From Lama glama (taxonomy: Eukaryota), in the NCBI GenBank assembly GCA_028534125.1, contig CM052816.1, positions 14,448,001 through 14,512,000 of the forward strand: 64,000 bases of DNA. The letters run 5' to 3'. Below, piece by piece: positions 36,131 through 48,445 of this stretch (position 1 is its first letter; each line of letters starts with the position of its first letter). The notes beneath the pieces were generated by a model. It ran no database searches. It was not told where the DNA came from and saw only the letters and a program-made list of their open reading frames with translations. The position numbers were made by a program, and so were the translations under genes.

Positions 36131-37871
36131 CTTGACGTGGGGGTCTGGGAGGATTGGAATCTGTAATTATAACTAGATGAGGGCGTAGGGTGAAATCGAG
36201 GAGAGAGGGATGAGAAGGGCCTCCAAAAATGGCCAGGGACAGGGCGGTAGGGGCGCAGGCCTGGTTTCAATTCTGGCAGCATCTAGTTTCTCCCCTTTCC
36301 CCCGATCCAGCCCCAATTCTAAAAGGGATTCCAGCTGGAAAGGGGCATCTTGCTGGCATGGCGTCTTCCTGGCAGAGGGGCTCCTGCTGTGGCTACTTGC
36401 TCAGAAGAGCTGGGCTAGATTGAGATAGTGAGCTAACTGTCGGGAAGAGTTGGGTGGAAGGGCCAGGAGAGGGCCCGGGAGCGTGGGGGAAGTCAAGGCT
36501 GGGGGGATGGGAGAGTGGGGGAAGGAGGAAGCCTTCTGATACGGGCAGAGGGCTGCCCCTACCCTGAGGGAGGATAGCTGGTGCTGCAGAGAGATTCTTT
36601 CAACCATGCATTGAGCACCTACTGTTTGCCAGGGCCCATGGTGGGTGATGAGGATGCAGTACTGTAGTAAGATAACACACCATCTTTACCTTCATAGGTC
36701 TTCCCAACTGGCAGGGGATTGGTTTGTTTATTGAACCAATGAGCACCTACTGTGTGCCTGACACTGGAAATAAAATGCTCTGTTCAGTGATGGAAAGCTA
36801 TCTGTCCTGTACAATGTAATAGACCTTAATGCATCAGAGCTCATTTAATCCTTCCAGATAAGTTCAAGAGGCAAGATTATTTCCATTTCACAATATGAAA
36901 AATATGTTCAGAGAAGTGAAGTCACCTGGTCAACGTCACACAGCTGGGAAGTGGTGGAACAAGGGTTTGAACCCCCAACGACAATAATCTGACAAAAGAA
37001 TGCAGGTGCCTGGAAACCCTGCAGAGGCTAATAAAGGGTTGTGAAAGAGAAGGGAGAGGAGCTGAGGGCTGCACACTTAGTCACTGTGGGAAGCCTCTGA
37101 ACAGCTCCACCCTACACAGCCCAGCTTGCTTACCCTCCTCTCCCAGATGTTTACTTTTCCCCTCGGTGTTCTGTGCCCATAGTGGCGGTGGCTATTGGTT
37201 GTGTAACAGTGCAGGGGTGATGGTGGGGTGGAGGGTGTCAGGGCTGACTTAGCCACTGGGACAGTGATGGCTGCCCCTATGTGTTTCCTCTCTGGCCACA
37301 GTATTCAGCAGGAAGTGGCCCTGGTCCCTGAGGTGGGCTGGCAATGAAGATTCCAGGCGAACCCTCAACGCTGCCCTCCTTCCTCCCCAGATAGTGACAC
37401 AGATGGCGTTTTCCTTGGCCTTGCCTGGACTCTGCCCCCTCATACCTCACTGTGCTCCATGGGCCTGAGAAAAATGAGTCACTGTCCCTGCTCAGGCTCT
37501 GGCTTCTCAGGGTCCAGGTTGTCCATGTCAGTAGGTGGAGGTCAGGACACCCCTGCCAGGAAGGCAGCCAGTGCCGGGGGAGGGGCTGATAAGGCACTAA
37601 TCACTTCAAAGGCTGCAGCCTGGGACTAATGACTCCCAACAACCAACCACCAGGACAAAGTTCGGTGATGGTGGGAGTAGAGGGAGGAAGGGCCGCCTCA
37701 CAGCAACTCCTGGCTGCTCTCTCTCCCTGCATCTTTACAGGCCTCAGGGCTGGGGTGTTGGTGGGGATGTGGAGCAGCAGCCTGGGAGGCATGGGGTCCT
37801 TCATTCCTTGAACCCTAAGCCCTCTCTTTCTCTTTCCCTCCTTGCCAGGCAGGTTTGGCAGCCCGGGGAGT

Positions 37872-37905
<34 letters not shown>

Positions 37906-37909
37906 GGGA

Positions 37910-37999
<90 letters not shown>
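37872..37999. repeat. Compound (GA)n-(TG)21 microsatellite
   Basis: ~85 nt imperfect GA tract joined directly to 21 TG units. Confidence 0.97.
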
Positions 38000-38000
<1 letters not shown>

Positions 38001-41000
38001 GGAGGGGAGGTGGTATATAACAAACATAATCTGGCCTCAGGGATTTCTGTTGATTTCCCTCCCCCGTCCAGCCTTTCCCCAACACATGTGAAGAGGCAGT
38101 CTTCTCAAATCCCAACCCTTCCACTTACTACTTCTCTGACCCAAGACAGTTATACTTTTTGAGCCTCAGTTTTCTCATCTGTACTATGGGATGCACTGTA
38201 ATAGTAAATAGTAGCCATTGCAGAGGGTTAGAAGGTTTCCATGGGATAATGGATGTAAATGTAGTAAAATCTCAGGGAGTATGAGCTGGGACGGTGGTGA
38301 CAGTGAAGACAGTGATGATGATGGTAAAAGTGATGATAATGGAATTTGTACTTATTTCTTAACTCCAAAGACTTAGTATATCTCAAAGTTTGTCCCAGAA
38401 GGACCCAGACCGTTGCTGCCTTCACCCTGCAGCCTGGGGGTTTCTCCAGGTCCCTCCTCCAGAATCAAAATTCCTAAGGGTGGGGCCAGATAATGGTCAT
38501 GTTAAAGAGCTCTCCAGGTGCTTAAGGAGCTAAACCCTCTTCAATTCTTCTTCTTACTTTGGGCAACCCTCCCCCAACCTCATTTCCCCCCAGATTCCTC
38601 CTTCCTCCAGGGAAACCATCCCCTCTTAACCAACCACCAGGTTGGTTATCGCCTTGGATATTCCTCTTTGGTTTTCTTTCCAGCTCAGAAGTTACATACC
38701 ACAATCATTTCTTGACTCCTAAGGGTGACAGGATGAGTGAGAGAAGATGTATGTGTGTTGGGGTAGGGGGGGAGTGGGTGGGGGGAGGGAAGGACGTGTC
38801 ACACTCTTGCTGTGTTTGTGCTGCCTGGGAGGCCTGAAGGCTTCAAGCTGGGGAAGAAAGCCCCGAGGTCGGTACTTAATCAGTAGCTCTTAGAGCGGCT
38901 ACAAATCAAAATCACCCTGATGGCTGCCAGACCGTGGACCTCTGAATTTGTAGCAAAAATTTGTAAGCATTCATTTTTCTTGGAAAAATCGGCAGCGGAA
39001 TTTCATAAAATTCTTAAAAGGGGGATGTGACTACAAAATGTTACAAATTCTTGATCCGGAGGGAGTGAGTGGAGGCAAACCATCACTGCTTTATTTCTCC
39101 TCTTTGTCAGGTTTAGGGCGATTCCGAAGTAACCCCCACCCTGCCGAGATTATGCACAGAGGGGGTGCTCACAGTGATCCCATATTGTGTGTGTGCTATG
39201 GCGAGGAGGGCAGCATAAGGTGCCCAGAAGGGAATGAGGTTCTTTGGAGACAGGTGTGTTTGGGTTGGGGCTTGACAGTAAGATGAGCCCAGTGCCAGGT
39301 CCACGCAGACAGAGGGGAAGTAGCTGGAGGGTGGATCCAAACAGAGCATCAGATAAATTCCTCCTTCCTTTAAAGAGATTAAGATTGAAGCTGGGAACAA
39401 ACGCGCTCTAATCTGATAAGAGCCTCACACACATTGAGCCCATTAGTGCAAGGAGTGCCCATGACCAGGGCGAGGCCGTGGGTAAGGAATCTGCATTCAA
39501 TGAACATTTGCTGAGAGTCTACTATGGACCTAAGCAGAGAAGGATTAAATTGGACCCCAGGGAGTTCTCAGTGGAGTAGGGAAATTGGGCAAGGAAACCA
39601 GTAGCCGCCACACAAAAAGTTCCAGAAGAGGCTAAGCCTGGGAGCTAAAATAATCATAGTCATTCAGGAGCTGTTACTGAGCACCTACTTTGTGCGGGGT
39701 CCAGGGCGAGACCCTGAGGATATAGGAGTAAACAAAGCAGAGGTTCTCCCACTCTCCGCCCACAGTCTCGTAGGACAGACAGACAATCCCCAAATTATTT
39801 CCCAGACAGCTCCCTAACTACAATGATAAGTATGTTGAGGACTCACTGTGCTAGGCATTTAGCCCACATAAGCTCAAAATCCCTAGGAAAGAAGTAGTAG
39901 TATCCCCATTTTAAAGATAAGGAAACTGAGGCTCTAAATCACTTGCTCCAGCTCAGGCAGCCAGGAAGTGAGCAGCTGGGGTTTGCCTCAGATTGTCTGA
40001 TGTCACAGTCCCTGCTCTTTTCTACCCTGCTGCCTTACATGTGTCGAATGGGTACCACCCAACAAAAGTGACAAATCGTCATTGAGTTAGGACCACTGTC
40101 AGCTCCACAATGGTAGATCACCTCAGTCTTGTTCACTGCTGTGTCCCATTGCCCAGGACAGAGCCTGGCACATTGTAAGTGACTAATAAACATTCAGTGA
40201 ATGCATGAACAAGCACCTACAGTGTGCCCAGCTCTGTGACGGTGCATAGGTGGGGGCTGGGGGATGAGAATGGGGATCCCTGTCCCTCTCCTGTCCCTTG
40301 GAGAGGCAGACAACACAGAAACAGGCACACAATACAGGAATTGAACAACATGGGCGGTGGTATCCCAGGCCGCAAGGTGATTCATAGTCGCGGGATTGGG
40401 ACACACAATAAGTGGCTGTGAGTTGGAGGAAGGAAAGGTCACCGTGGGCTGAAGAGGCCTGGAAAGGCTCCATGGGGGACCAGAGCCTGCCTTCAGTGGG
40501 GTGGGTGTGACCTGTGACAGGGCCTGGGGTGGAATTTCCAGGTGTGGGGCAGGTATTCCACGTGCAAGAGGGGAGCTAGGAAAAGGAGATTGAGCCTGAG
40601 GCTCTGCTGAAAATGCTGGACCAAAGACTGGATTTGAATAAAGGAGGGAGTCAACTGGGACTGTAGCTGGAGGGTCTGGCTGGGGTCTGCTGATGCACAG
40701 CTCAGAGCTGGGGGAGAAGGGCAGAAGTGGGCTATTGTGATGGGAGTGCAGCTTGTGGCTGGCTGGGGCATACAGGGCTCTAATTGGAAAGATTTGGGGG
40801 TGGGCGGAGAGAGGATGTTCACTGAGACTGAGCAGGGGTGGCAGGAATGGTCAGGGAAGGGCTGGTGCTGCCATTGGCAGCTCTGTCCCAGTTAGACCTG
40901 CTGGGCTCCCAGTTGCTAAGGACAGGCCAGGGCAGCTCCCAGTGCCAATTCCAGGGCTAGTCAGCCCTGACCCTAGTCCTGACCTCCAGAAGCTGGAGAG

Positions 41001-41820
41001 GGAGGGTGAAGGAGCCCCAGGAACCGTGTGTGTGCACACAGGTGTGCGTGCTCACGGGCAAGTGTGTTTGGAAGGAGCTGGGGGAGGGCTAACACCTACT
41101 CTTCAACCCTAACCATTTTCAAGCCTTGATTGGTGCCCAGTTCAAGCTGGCCCTTCGTGGGTGTGGGGACATTGAGCACTAGCAGTGATTATCGTCAAAA
41201 GAGAGGGATTTGAGATGTCATACTTCACATGCATGCACTGACTTGGCATCTCAGAAGGGAGAGGAACAAGACGTCATCCCTTCTCCCTCCAGCCAGTGAA
41301 AGCGGCCTTCAGTGTGGGCAGCAATGATCTGGGATCTGGGGTCTGGGGAGTAAAAGCATACCTGTATCTCTCTCCTACCGTGTTTGGTGGAGGGGGGTGC
41401 TCCAGGTCTCACCGTTCCGCTTGCTGTCTCTCCCTATCTCAGTATCAGGGTAATTAGCATGGGTGACTAAGGCAGGATGCTGGTGAGAAGGAGGTGTTGG
41501 GCAAAGCAGAGAGTAGAGAGCAGGGAGAGAAGGAGGGAGTGTCAGGAGGGTCAGGGCGTTCCATGGGCGGGAACTGCTCTAGACCTGTTCAGGGCCCCTA
41601 CCGGCTTCTCAAGCTCGGGCAGACACCGCTGCTACACCCAGCCGCGGGTGAGACTCGGGGTTCTGGGTCCTGGAATCGGGGTTCTGTGTTGGGGCACAGC
41701 TCTCTCTTGGGAGAGTAGTGTGGAGGTGAGGGAAGGAGAGTGGGGGGCTGGATCTGGGCAGCCCTTAGGGCCAGGGCTCTCCTCCCAGCTGACTCTCTGT
41801 TCTGCCTCCCCGCCTTACAG

Positions 41821-42683
41821 CCCTCCTGACTCTGGAGCCTGCCCAGATGGGGCCCCTGAGGCGCAGCCCAGGCCCTGGGGGGCAACAGGTGCTGCTGCCC
41901 ACCACGCTGCTGGTACTACTGCTCCTGCTGGCTCCATCCCCAGGCCACGCCACCCGGGTGGTGTACAAGGTGCCAGAGGAACAGCCACCCAACACTCTTA
42001 TTGGGAGCCTCGCAGCTGACTATGGTTTTCCAGACGTGGGCCACCTGTACAAACTAGAGGTAGGCGCCCCGTACCTGCGGGTAGATGGCAAGACGGGCGA
42101 CATCTTCACCACTGAGACCTCTATCGACCGTGAGGGGCTCCGGGAATGCCAGAACCAGCTCCCTGGTGAGCCCTGCATCCTGGAGTTTGAGGTGTCTATC
42201 ACGGACCTGGTGCAGAATGGCAGCCCCCGGCTGCTAGAGGGCCAGATAGAGGTCCAGGACATCAATGACAACACGCCCAACTTCGCCTCGCCAGTCATCA
42301 CACTGCCCATCCCCGAGAACACCAACATCGGCTCACTCTTCCCCATCCCAGTGGCTTCGGACCGTGACGCTGGCCCCAATGGCGTGGCATCCTATGAGCT
42401 GCAGGCCGGGCCCGAGGCCCAGGAACTATTTGGGCTGCAGGTGGCGGAAGACCAGGAGGGGAAGCAGCCGCAGCTCATAGTGATGGGCAACCTGGACCGG
42501 GAGCGCTGGGACTCCTATGACCTCACCATCAAGGTGCAGGATGGTGGCAACCCCCCACGGGCCAGCAGTGCCCTGCTGCGAGTCACCGTGCTCGACACCA
42601 ATGACAACGCCCCCAAGTTCGAGCGCCCCTCCTACGAGGCCGAGCTGTCTGAGAACAGCCCCATAGGCCACTCAGTCATCCAG
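41821..42683 (+). CDS. PCDH1: PCDH1 coding exon 2: signal peptide, cadherin repeats EC1-EC2, start of EC3
   Basis: Acceptor ccttacag|CC, donor CAG|gtgaga, 863 nt; RVVYKVPEEQPPNTLIGSL, DRE and DxNDNxP motifs. Confidence 0.98.
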
Positions 42684-43679
42684 GTGAGAGGCCCCTCCAT
42701 CTAACTGTCAGGGTGACCCACCTTTAGAAATGGGAGCCCACCCCAACCTCATGAGAGTTCCCTTCACTTAGGAAAAAAAATCGACCAAAAGACTGTGGAG
42801 AGATCTCGTCTCCCCAGCCCCCAGCCTGTGAGACAAGCCCACCACACCCCAGCAGGTGATTTCACTTTGCTCTATCCCGCTACTTAGGTGCCAGCGGCAT
42901 AGCACGTGAACAGTAATCCCCCCATCCCCAGGGCAGACTCGAGTTGGAGAAACCTGCAAAGCGAATCCCCCTCCCAAGTCAAATGATACTCTCCTCCCAG
43001 GCCAAGCCGGCTAAGTTGGAACAAATGAATCGCCCTTCGTCCGAGTAGAATCTCTCCCAAGAAGAGATTATCTTCCCAACCAGGGGCCCTTTGGCCAGAT
43101 GAGAGTTTCCTGAAGCTGGAGGACAGAGCCTTACTTGCCCGTCCCTGACAGTCAGATGAGATCATCTTAGCTAGATGAGTCCTCCAAGTGCTAGGAAACT
43201 GTACTCAGATGTCTGTGCACCTGCCTCCTTCCCTAGGCACGGGGCACCCATGGGTATGGGGTGCTGGGCCCAGTGGGGGGTCAGTGGCCTCTGCGGAATT
43301 TCTCAGCACCCTTCTCCATGGGAACTGCCCCAGGCACTGGGCAGCTCGGTGGGGCCAGGGCCCAGGAGGGAGCAAAGAAAGCGTCCCCGCAGACAGGTGG
43401 GCGTATCTCCCGCTGTCATCTCTGCCCTGGCCTCCTGCCAGCCCCGGCTCCTTTCTCCTTCCCCATGGGCTGCAGCTGTCTGTCTTTGACGTAAGGGAGC
43501 TGAGAAGGGCTCGGCCTGCCCTGTACACCGTTACCCATCCTGGGAAACCCTTCGTCCCACGTCCTCGAACTGAAGCAGGGCATAGGGAGGAGTTTTTTTT
43601 AGAGTCTAGTGGACTGGAACCTGTAGAAAAGAGACTGAGAAAGAAAAGGGAGATAGACTGTCGGGGATGGCAAATAATA

Positions 43680-43880
43680 ATAGCCTAGGCGCCAGGCACT
43701 GTTCTGAATACAGTATGTGTATTATATCATTTAATTCCCACCGTACAAGGTAAGCATTATCCCCATTTTACAGATGGGGAACTGAGCCTGTAGAGATTAG
43801 GGAACCTGCCTGGTACCACCCAGCTGATGTGTTTAGATCCCACCTTGGCCATATCCAACAGTTTGGCTTCAGAGCCCATG
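43680..43880 (-). mobile_element. MIR SINE
   Basis: 'attatccccattttacagatggggaactgagcc'. Confidence 0.75.
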
Positions 43881-44399
43881 TGTGTAAGAGCTGGGAAATG
43901 AGATGAAGCAGGAGCATGAGGCAGAGACAAGGCTACAGGTAGCAGAAAAGAGAGGATAGCGGAGAACCTACAGTGGGAAAGAGGCCAAAGGAGAAATGAG
44001 CAAGATAGGAGGGAGGCAGAGATGAAAGTCAGGATTCACAGACAGACACAAAGGGAGGTAAGATGGTCAGAGAGGCAGATAAGGAGGTGGGTGACCAATG
44101 TTAAGACACAGAGGCAGTGGGAATTATAATGAAAAAGTCAGTGACAGACTAGGGGAGTAGGGCAAGGAGAAACCGTTAGAGGAGTGAGCAGAGACCAGGT
44201 AGCTGGGAAACCCTGCCCACGTGTTTCTCCACGATTGAAAAAGTCCTGATGGGAAAGAGGGGAGACCAGCAGTGGCTTGAAGGCCCGCTGGGTGTGAAGC
44301 CCAACACTGTGTCAGCACTGATTTTCAGAGATGGACAGTTGGAGGACAGACAGATGGATGATGAATGGATGGACGGACAAAAAGAGGGATAAATGCTAT

Positions 44400-44620
44400 T
44401 TAGGGAACACTTGCCATGTGCCAGGCAGTGTTAGGCATTTTCACACATATCATCCCATTTAATTCTCACCATGACCTCGTGAAATAGGTTCCATTATTAT
44501 CCCCATTTTATACATTTGTAGACTGAGGCATGAGGAGATTAAATAATTGGCATGAGGTTACAAAGCTGGGAAGTGGTGGAGCTGGGATTCGAACCCAGGA
44601 CTCTTGTTCTGCTCCCCAGA
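44400..44620 (-). mobile_element. MIR SINE
   Basis: 'atgtgccaggcagtg...attattatccccatttta...gactgaggca...gctgggattcgaacccagg'. Confidence 0.8.
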
Positions 44621-45650
44621 GACTCTGCCAAGTTGTGCCTATCCTGTCCTTCCCCCTCATTCCCCCACCCGTGCTGCCATCACATTCTATCTGTCTGTGA
44701 CGTAACTCCAACCCTCCTGTTTCTCCCTGACCAGTGCTACCTCACGGCCATTCCCACCTGGCTCCTGTTGCCCCATCACCACCCGTGTTTGTACAGACAG
44801 GCCGAGTGGCGTTGGCGTGGGAGGGCGTGCCCACTGCAAAGGGACAGACAGTTCATTGTCTAATGCTGAGAGCCCAGCCCGCTGCCAGCAGGCTCTGTAG
44901 CCTGCACCAATCCCTCCCTCCCAGCCGCAGGCTCGGCCAGATTCTTCAAGTTGGTGCCCAGCCAGCGCCAGCGCCAGCCCCGGGAGGGGAAGAGAGAAGA
45001 AACAGGTTTCCCTGGTTTGACAGAGTAGTGGCCTGGCCTGGCCTGGCAGGCTCCTCCTGACCCACATCCCTACCTGGCCGCTCTCAAAAAAGAAACCCCC
45101 GTACCTGTGGCCTCCAGGTGGGCATGTGGGTCTCCATTTGTGTGCAAACACACGTGCATAAACACATACCTTCTCACATAATCACAACTCATGTATTTGC
45201 ATGCATGCATATTTACACATGTCATGCATACTCTTATCTCTACTATTCACACCTTTCCAGCTCTTCAGAAAGGGTGAGGGCCAGTTTAACTGGGTGGAAG
45301 GGCTGCCCTAGTTGCTAATTGGATCCTCATCCCCGTATTTGGGTGGACTAGTCTAGGAATAAGGAGAGTTATCATGATAACGATATCGTATCTCTAGTAG
45401 TTGCTTGTATCACCGCTGAGGATTTGTGGGCTGCATCTGTGTTCTTCAGGGAAACGGATCAGTAGTATCTTCCACAGTGTCAGGATCGGGAAAAGGAAGG
45501 TGTATGCATGTGCTGCTTTTGGAAAAGGTGCTGCATTAGATTAGTCGTGTCTACCACGCTCATTGGAAAGGCAGCACGTGCATCCCTTCATCTGTTATCC
45601 CCGAAGTAACCCAGCCCTGTTTTCCTTGTTTTTCACCCCCTGCCCTATAG

Positions 45651-47846
45651 GTGAAGGCCAATGACTCAGACCAAGGCGCCAATGCAGAGATCGACTACAC
45701 GTTCCACCAGGCGCCCGAAGTTGTGAGGCGTCTTCTGCGACTGGACAGGAACACCGGACTTATCACTGTGCAGGGCCCTGTGGACCGTGAGGACCTAAGT
45801 ACCCTGCGCTTCTCGGTGCTCGCCAAGGACCGCGGCACCAACCCCAAGAGTGCCCGAGCCCAGGTGGTGGTGACTGTGAAGGACATGAACGACAATGCCC
45901 CCACCATCGAGATCCGGGGCATCGGGCTGGTGACCCACCAAGACGGCATGGCTAACATCTCAGAGGATGTGGCAGAGGAGACAGCTGTGGCCCTGGTGCA
46001 GGTATCTGACCGAGATGAGGGAGAGAATGCAGCTGTCACCTGTGTGGTGGCAGGTGACGTGCCCTTCCAGCTACGCCAGGCCAGTGAGACTGGAAGTGAC
46101 AGCAAGAAGAAGTACTTCTTGCAGACCACCACCCCCCTCGACTATGAGAAGGTCAAAGACTACACCATCGAGATTGTGGCCGTGGACTCCGGCAACCCCC
46201 CACTCTCAAGCACCAACTCCCTCAAGGTGCAGGTGGTGGACGTCAATGACAATGCCCCTGTCTTCACTCAGAGTGTTACTGAGGTCGCCTTCCCAGAAAA
46301 CAACAAGCCAGGTGAAGTGGTGGCTGAGGTCACTGCCAGTGATGCTGACTCGGGCTCCAACGCTGAGCTGGTTTACTCTCTGGAGCCTGAGCCGGCCGCC
46401 AAGGGTCTTTTCACCATCTCCCCTGAGACTGGAGAGATCCGGGTGAAGACATCCCTTGATCGGGAACAGCGGGACAGCTATGAGTTGAAGGTGGTGGCAG
46501 CCGACCGGGGCAGCCCCAGCCTCCAGGGCACAGCCACCGTCCTCGTCAATGTGCTGGACTGCAATGACAATGACCCCAAGTTTATGCTGAGTGGCTACAA
46601 TTTCTCAGTGATGGAGAACATGCCGGCACTGAGTCCAGTGGGCATGGTGACTGTCATTGATGGGGACAAGGGGGAGAATGCCCGAGTGCAGCTCACGGTG
46701 GAGCAGGACAACGGTGACTTTGTTATCCAGAATGGCACGGGCACCATCCTCTCCAGCCTAAGCTTTGATCGGGAGCAGCAAAGCACCTATACCTTCCAGC
46801 TGAAGGCGGTGGATGGTGGTGTTCCACCTCGCTCAGCTTACGTTGGTGTCACCATCAACGTGCTGGATGAGAATGACAATGCGCCCTTTATCACTGCCCC
46901 TTCCAACACCTCCCACCGGCTGCTGACCCCCCAGACGCGTCTGGGTGAGACAGTCAGCCAAGTGACAGCTGAGGACATAGACTCCGGTGTCAACGCTGAG
47001 CTGACCTACAGCATCGCCGGTGGCAACCCTTACGGACTCTTCCAGATTGGGTCACATTCAGGCGCCATCACCCTGGAGAAGGAGATCGAGCGGCGCCACC
47101 ACGGGCTACACCGCTTGGTGGTGAAGGTCAGTGACCGCGGCAAGCCCCCACGCTATGGGACAGCCTTGGTCCACCTGTATGTCAACGAGACCCTGGCCAA
47201 CCGCACGCTGCTGGAGACCCTGCTGGGCCACAGCCTGGACACGCCACTGGACATCGACATTGCCGGGGATCCAGAATACGAGCGCTCCAAGCAGCGTGGC
47301 AACATCCTCTTTGGCGTGGTGGCTGGTGTTGTGGCCGTGGCCTTGCTCATCGCCCTGGCCGTGCTCGTGCGCTACTGCCGGCAGCGGGAGGCCAAGAGTG
47401 GCTACCAGGCTGGCAAGAAGGAGACCAAGGACCTGTACGCCCCCAAACCCAGCAGCAAAGTTTCCAAGGGAAACAAAAGCAAGGGCAAGAAGAGCAAGTC
47501 TCCCAAGCCCGTGAAGCCAGTGGAGGATGAGGACGAGTCTGGGCTACAGAAGTCCCTCAAGTTCAACCTGATGAGCGACACCCCTGGGGACAGCCCCCGC
47601 ATCCACCTGCCCCTCAACTACCCACCAGGCAGCCCTGACCTGGGCCGTCACTATCGCTCTAACTCCCCACTGCCTTCCATCCAGCTGCAGCCCCAGTCAC
47701 CCTCGGCCTCCAAGAAGCACCAGGTGGTGCAGGACCTGCCGCCGGCAAACACATTCGTGGGCACCGGGGACACCACGTCCACGGGGTCTGAGCAGTACTC
47801 CGACTACAGCTACCGCACCAACCCCCCCAAATACCCCAGCAAGCAG
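45651..47846 (+). CDS. PCDH1: PCDH1 coding exon 3 as spliced in the long isoform: EC3-EC7, transmembrane helix, proximal cytoplasmic tail
   Basis: Acceptor ccctatag|GTG, internal donor CAG|gtaggc after ...YPSKQ, 2196 nt phase 0; TM segment ILFGVVAGVVAVALLIALAVLV. Confidence 0.97.
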
Positions 47847-47930
47847 GTAGGCCAGCCCTTGCGGCTCAGCACGCCCCGGCCCCCACCCCACCCATACCAC
47901 GGGGCCATCTGGACCGAGGTGTGGGAGTGA
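45651..47930 (+). CDS. PCDH1: PCDH1 short-isoform terminal exon (read-through of the exon 3 donor, ends GAIWTEVWE*), 1060 aa total
   Basis: 759-codon ORF plus 301 codons from exons 1-2 = 1060 aa, the recalled length of human isoform 1. Confidence 0.93.
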   Translation: MKANDSDQGANAEIDYTFHQAPEVVRRLLRLDRNTGLITVQGPVDREDLSTLRFSVLAKDRGTNPKSARAQVVVTVKDMNDNAPTIEIRGIGLVTHQDGMANISEDVAEETAVALVQVSDRDEGENAAVTCVVAGDVPFQLRQASETGSDSKKKYFLQTTTPLDYEKVKDYTIEIVAVDSGNPPLSSTNSLKVQVVDVNDNAPVFTQSVTEVAFPENNKPGEVVAEVTASDADSGSNAELVYSLEPEPAAKGLFTISPETGEIRVKTSLDREQRDSYELKVVAADRGSPSLQGTATVLVNVLDCNDNDPKFMLSGYNFSVMENMPALSPVGMVTVIDGDKGENARVQLTVEQDNGDFVIQNGTGTILSSLSFDREQQSTYTFQLKAVDGGVPPRSAYVGVTINVLDENDNAPFITAPSNTSHRLLTPQTRLGETVSQVTAEDIDSGVNAELTYSIAGGNPYGLFQIGSHSGAITLEKEIERRHHGLHRLVVKVSDRGKPPRYGTALVHLYVNETLANRTLLETLLGHSLDTPLDIDIAGDPEYERSKQRGNILFGVVAGVVAVALLIALAVLVRYCRQREAKSGYQAGKKETKDLYAPKPSSKVSKGNKSKGKKSKSPKPVKPVEDEDESGLQKSLKFNLMSDTPGDSPRIHLPLNYPPGSPDLGRHYRSNSPLPSIQLQPQSPSASKKHQVVQDLPPANTFVGTGDTTSTGSEQYSDYSYRTNPPKYPSKQVGQPLRLSTPRPPPHPYHGAIWTEVWE

Positions 47931-48439
47931 CAGAGCCCGCATCTCAGGCCTGCCGTGCCCACCAGCCCAAGCCAGTGGTGGGAGGTGGAACTAAAGATCG
48001 GGGGGTGCTGGGACCTCGGAACGACTCCGCTGCCTCACCAGGCTTGGATAGCTGGGCGGAGTGAACCCTGACGGTGTGCTCTGTGTCTCCCCTCCCTGCC
48101 CCCTCCCCGCTGGGAGAAGCCTGTGACTTGTCACATCCTGGGATGTTAGACCAGCTGCTGGGTCCTGTGGGTGGGGGCTGATGAGTAGAAGGGTTTGGAG
48201 GCAGCAGGGGGAGGGAAGTGGAGAAGTTTTCTCCGAATCCAGGTCTCTGTCTGAGACCAGCCATGGGTGCTTCTCTAGAGGGGAAACAGGGAGTCTGTGA
48301 TCCTGGTAGGTAACTGGGTGGGGATCCTGACAGGAAAGGGGGCCTCCCCATTTGTGCCTTCTCTGTGTACGTTGTGTCCCCCTCTTCCCCACCCCAGACT
48401 CCTGGGGCTAGGCCCCAGTCCCAAACACTTACCCCTGAT

Positions 48440-48445
48440 AATAAA
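48440..48445 (+). promoter_or_regulatory. PCDH1: Intronic polyadenylation signal of the PCDH1 short isoform
   Basis: AATAAA ~510 nt after the stop, followed by a U/GU-rich tract 'ctatttttggagttttggtttcttatttt'. Confidence 0.8.

Noticed and set aside
33350..36282. Long Arg/Pro/Ala/Gly-rich ORFs (e.g. 33549-34442, 297 aa)
   Set aside because: Expected from stop-codon scarcity in CpG islands; no recognisable domains, and the longest runs through the exon 1 donor into intron.
37601..38162. ORFs with poly-ER/CV/TH/SL tracts
   Set aside because: Translation artefacts of the (GA)n(TG)n microsatellite.
38627..38648. 9-bp inverted repeat TAACCAACC/GGTTGGTTA
   Set aside because: Short, isolated and low in complexity; compatible with chance.
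45695..47617. Antisense and alternative-frame ORFs over PCDH1 exon 3 (likewise over exons 2 and 5)
   Set aside because: Shadow ORFs caused by GC3-rich codon usage of the real gene.
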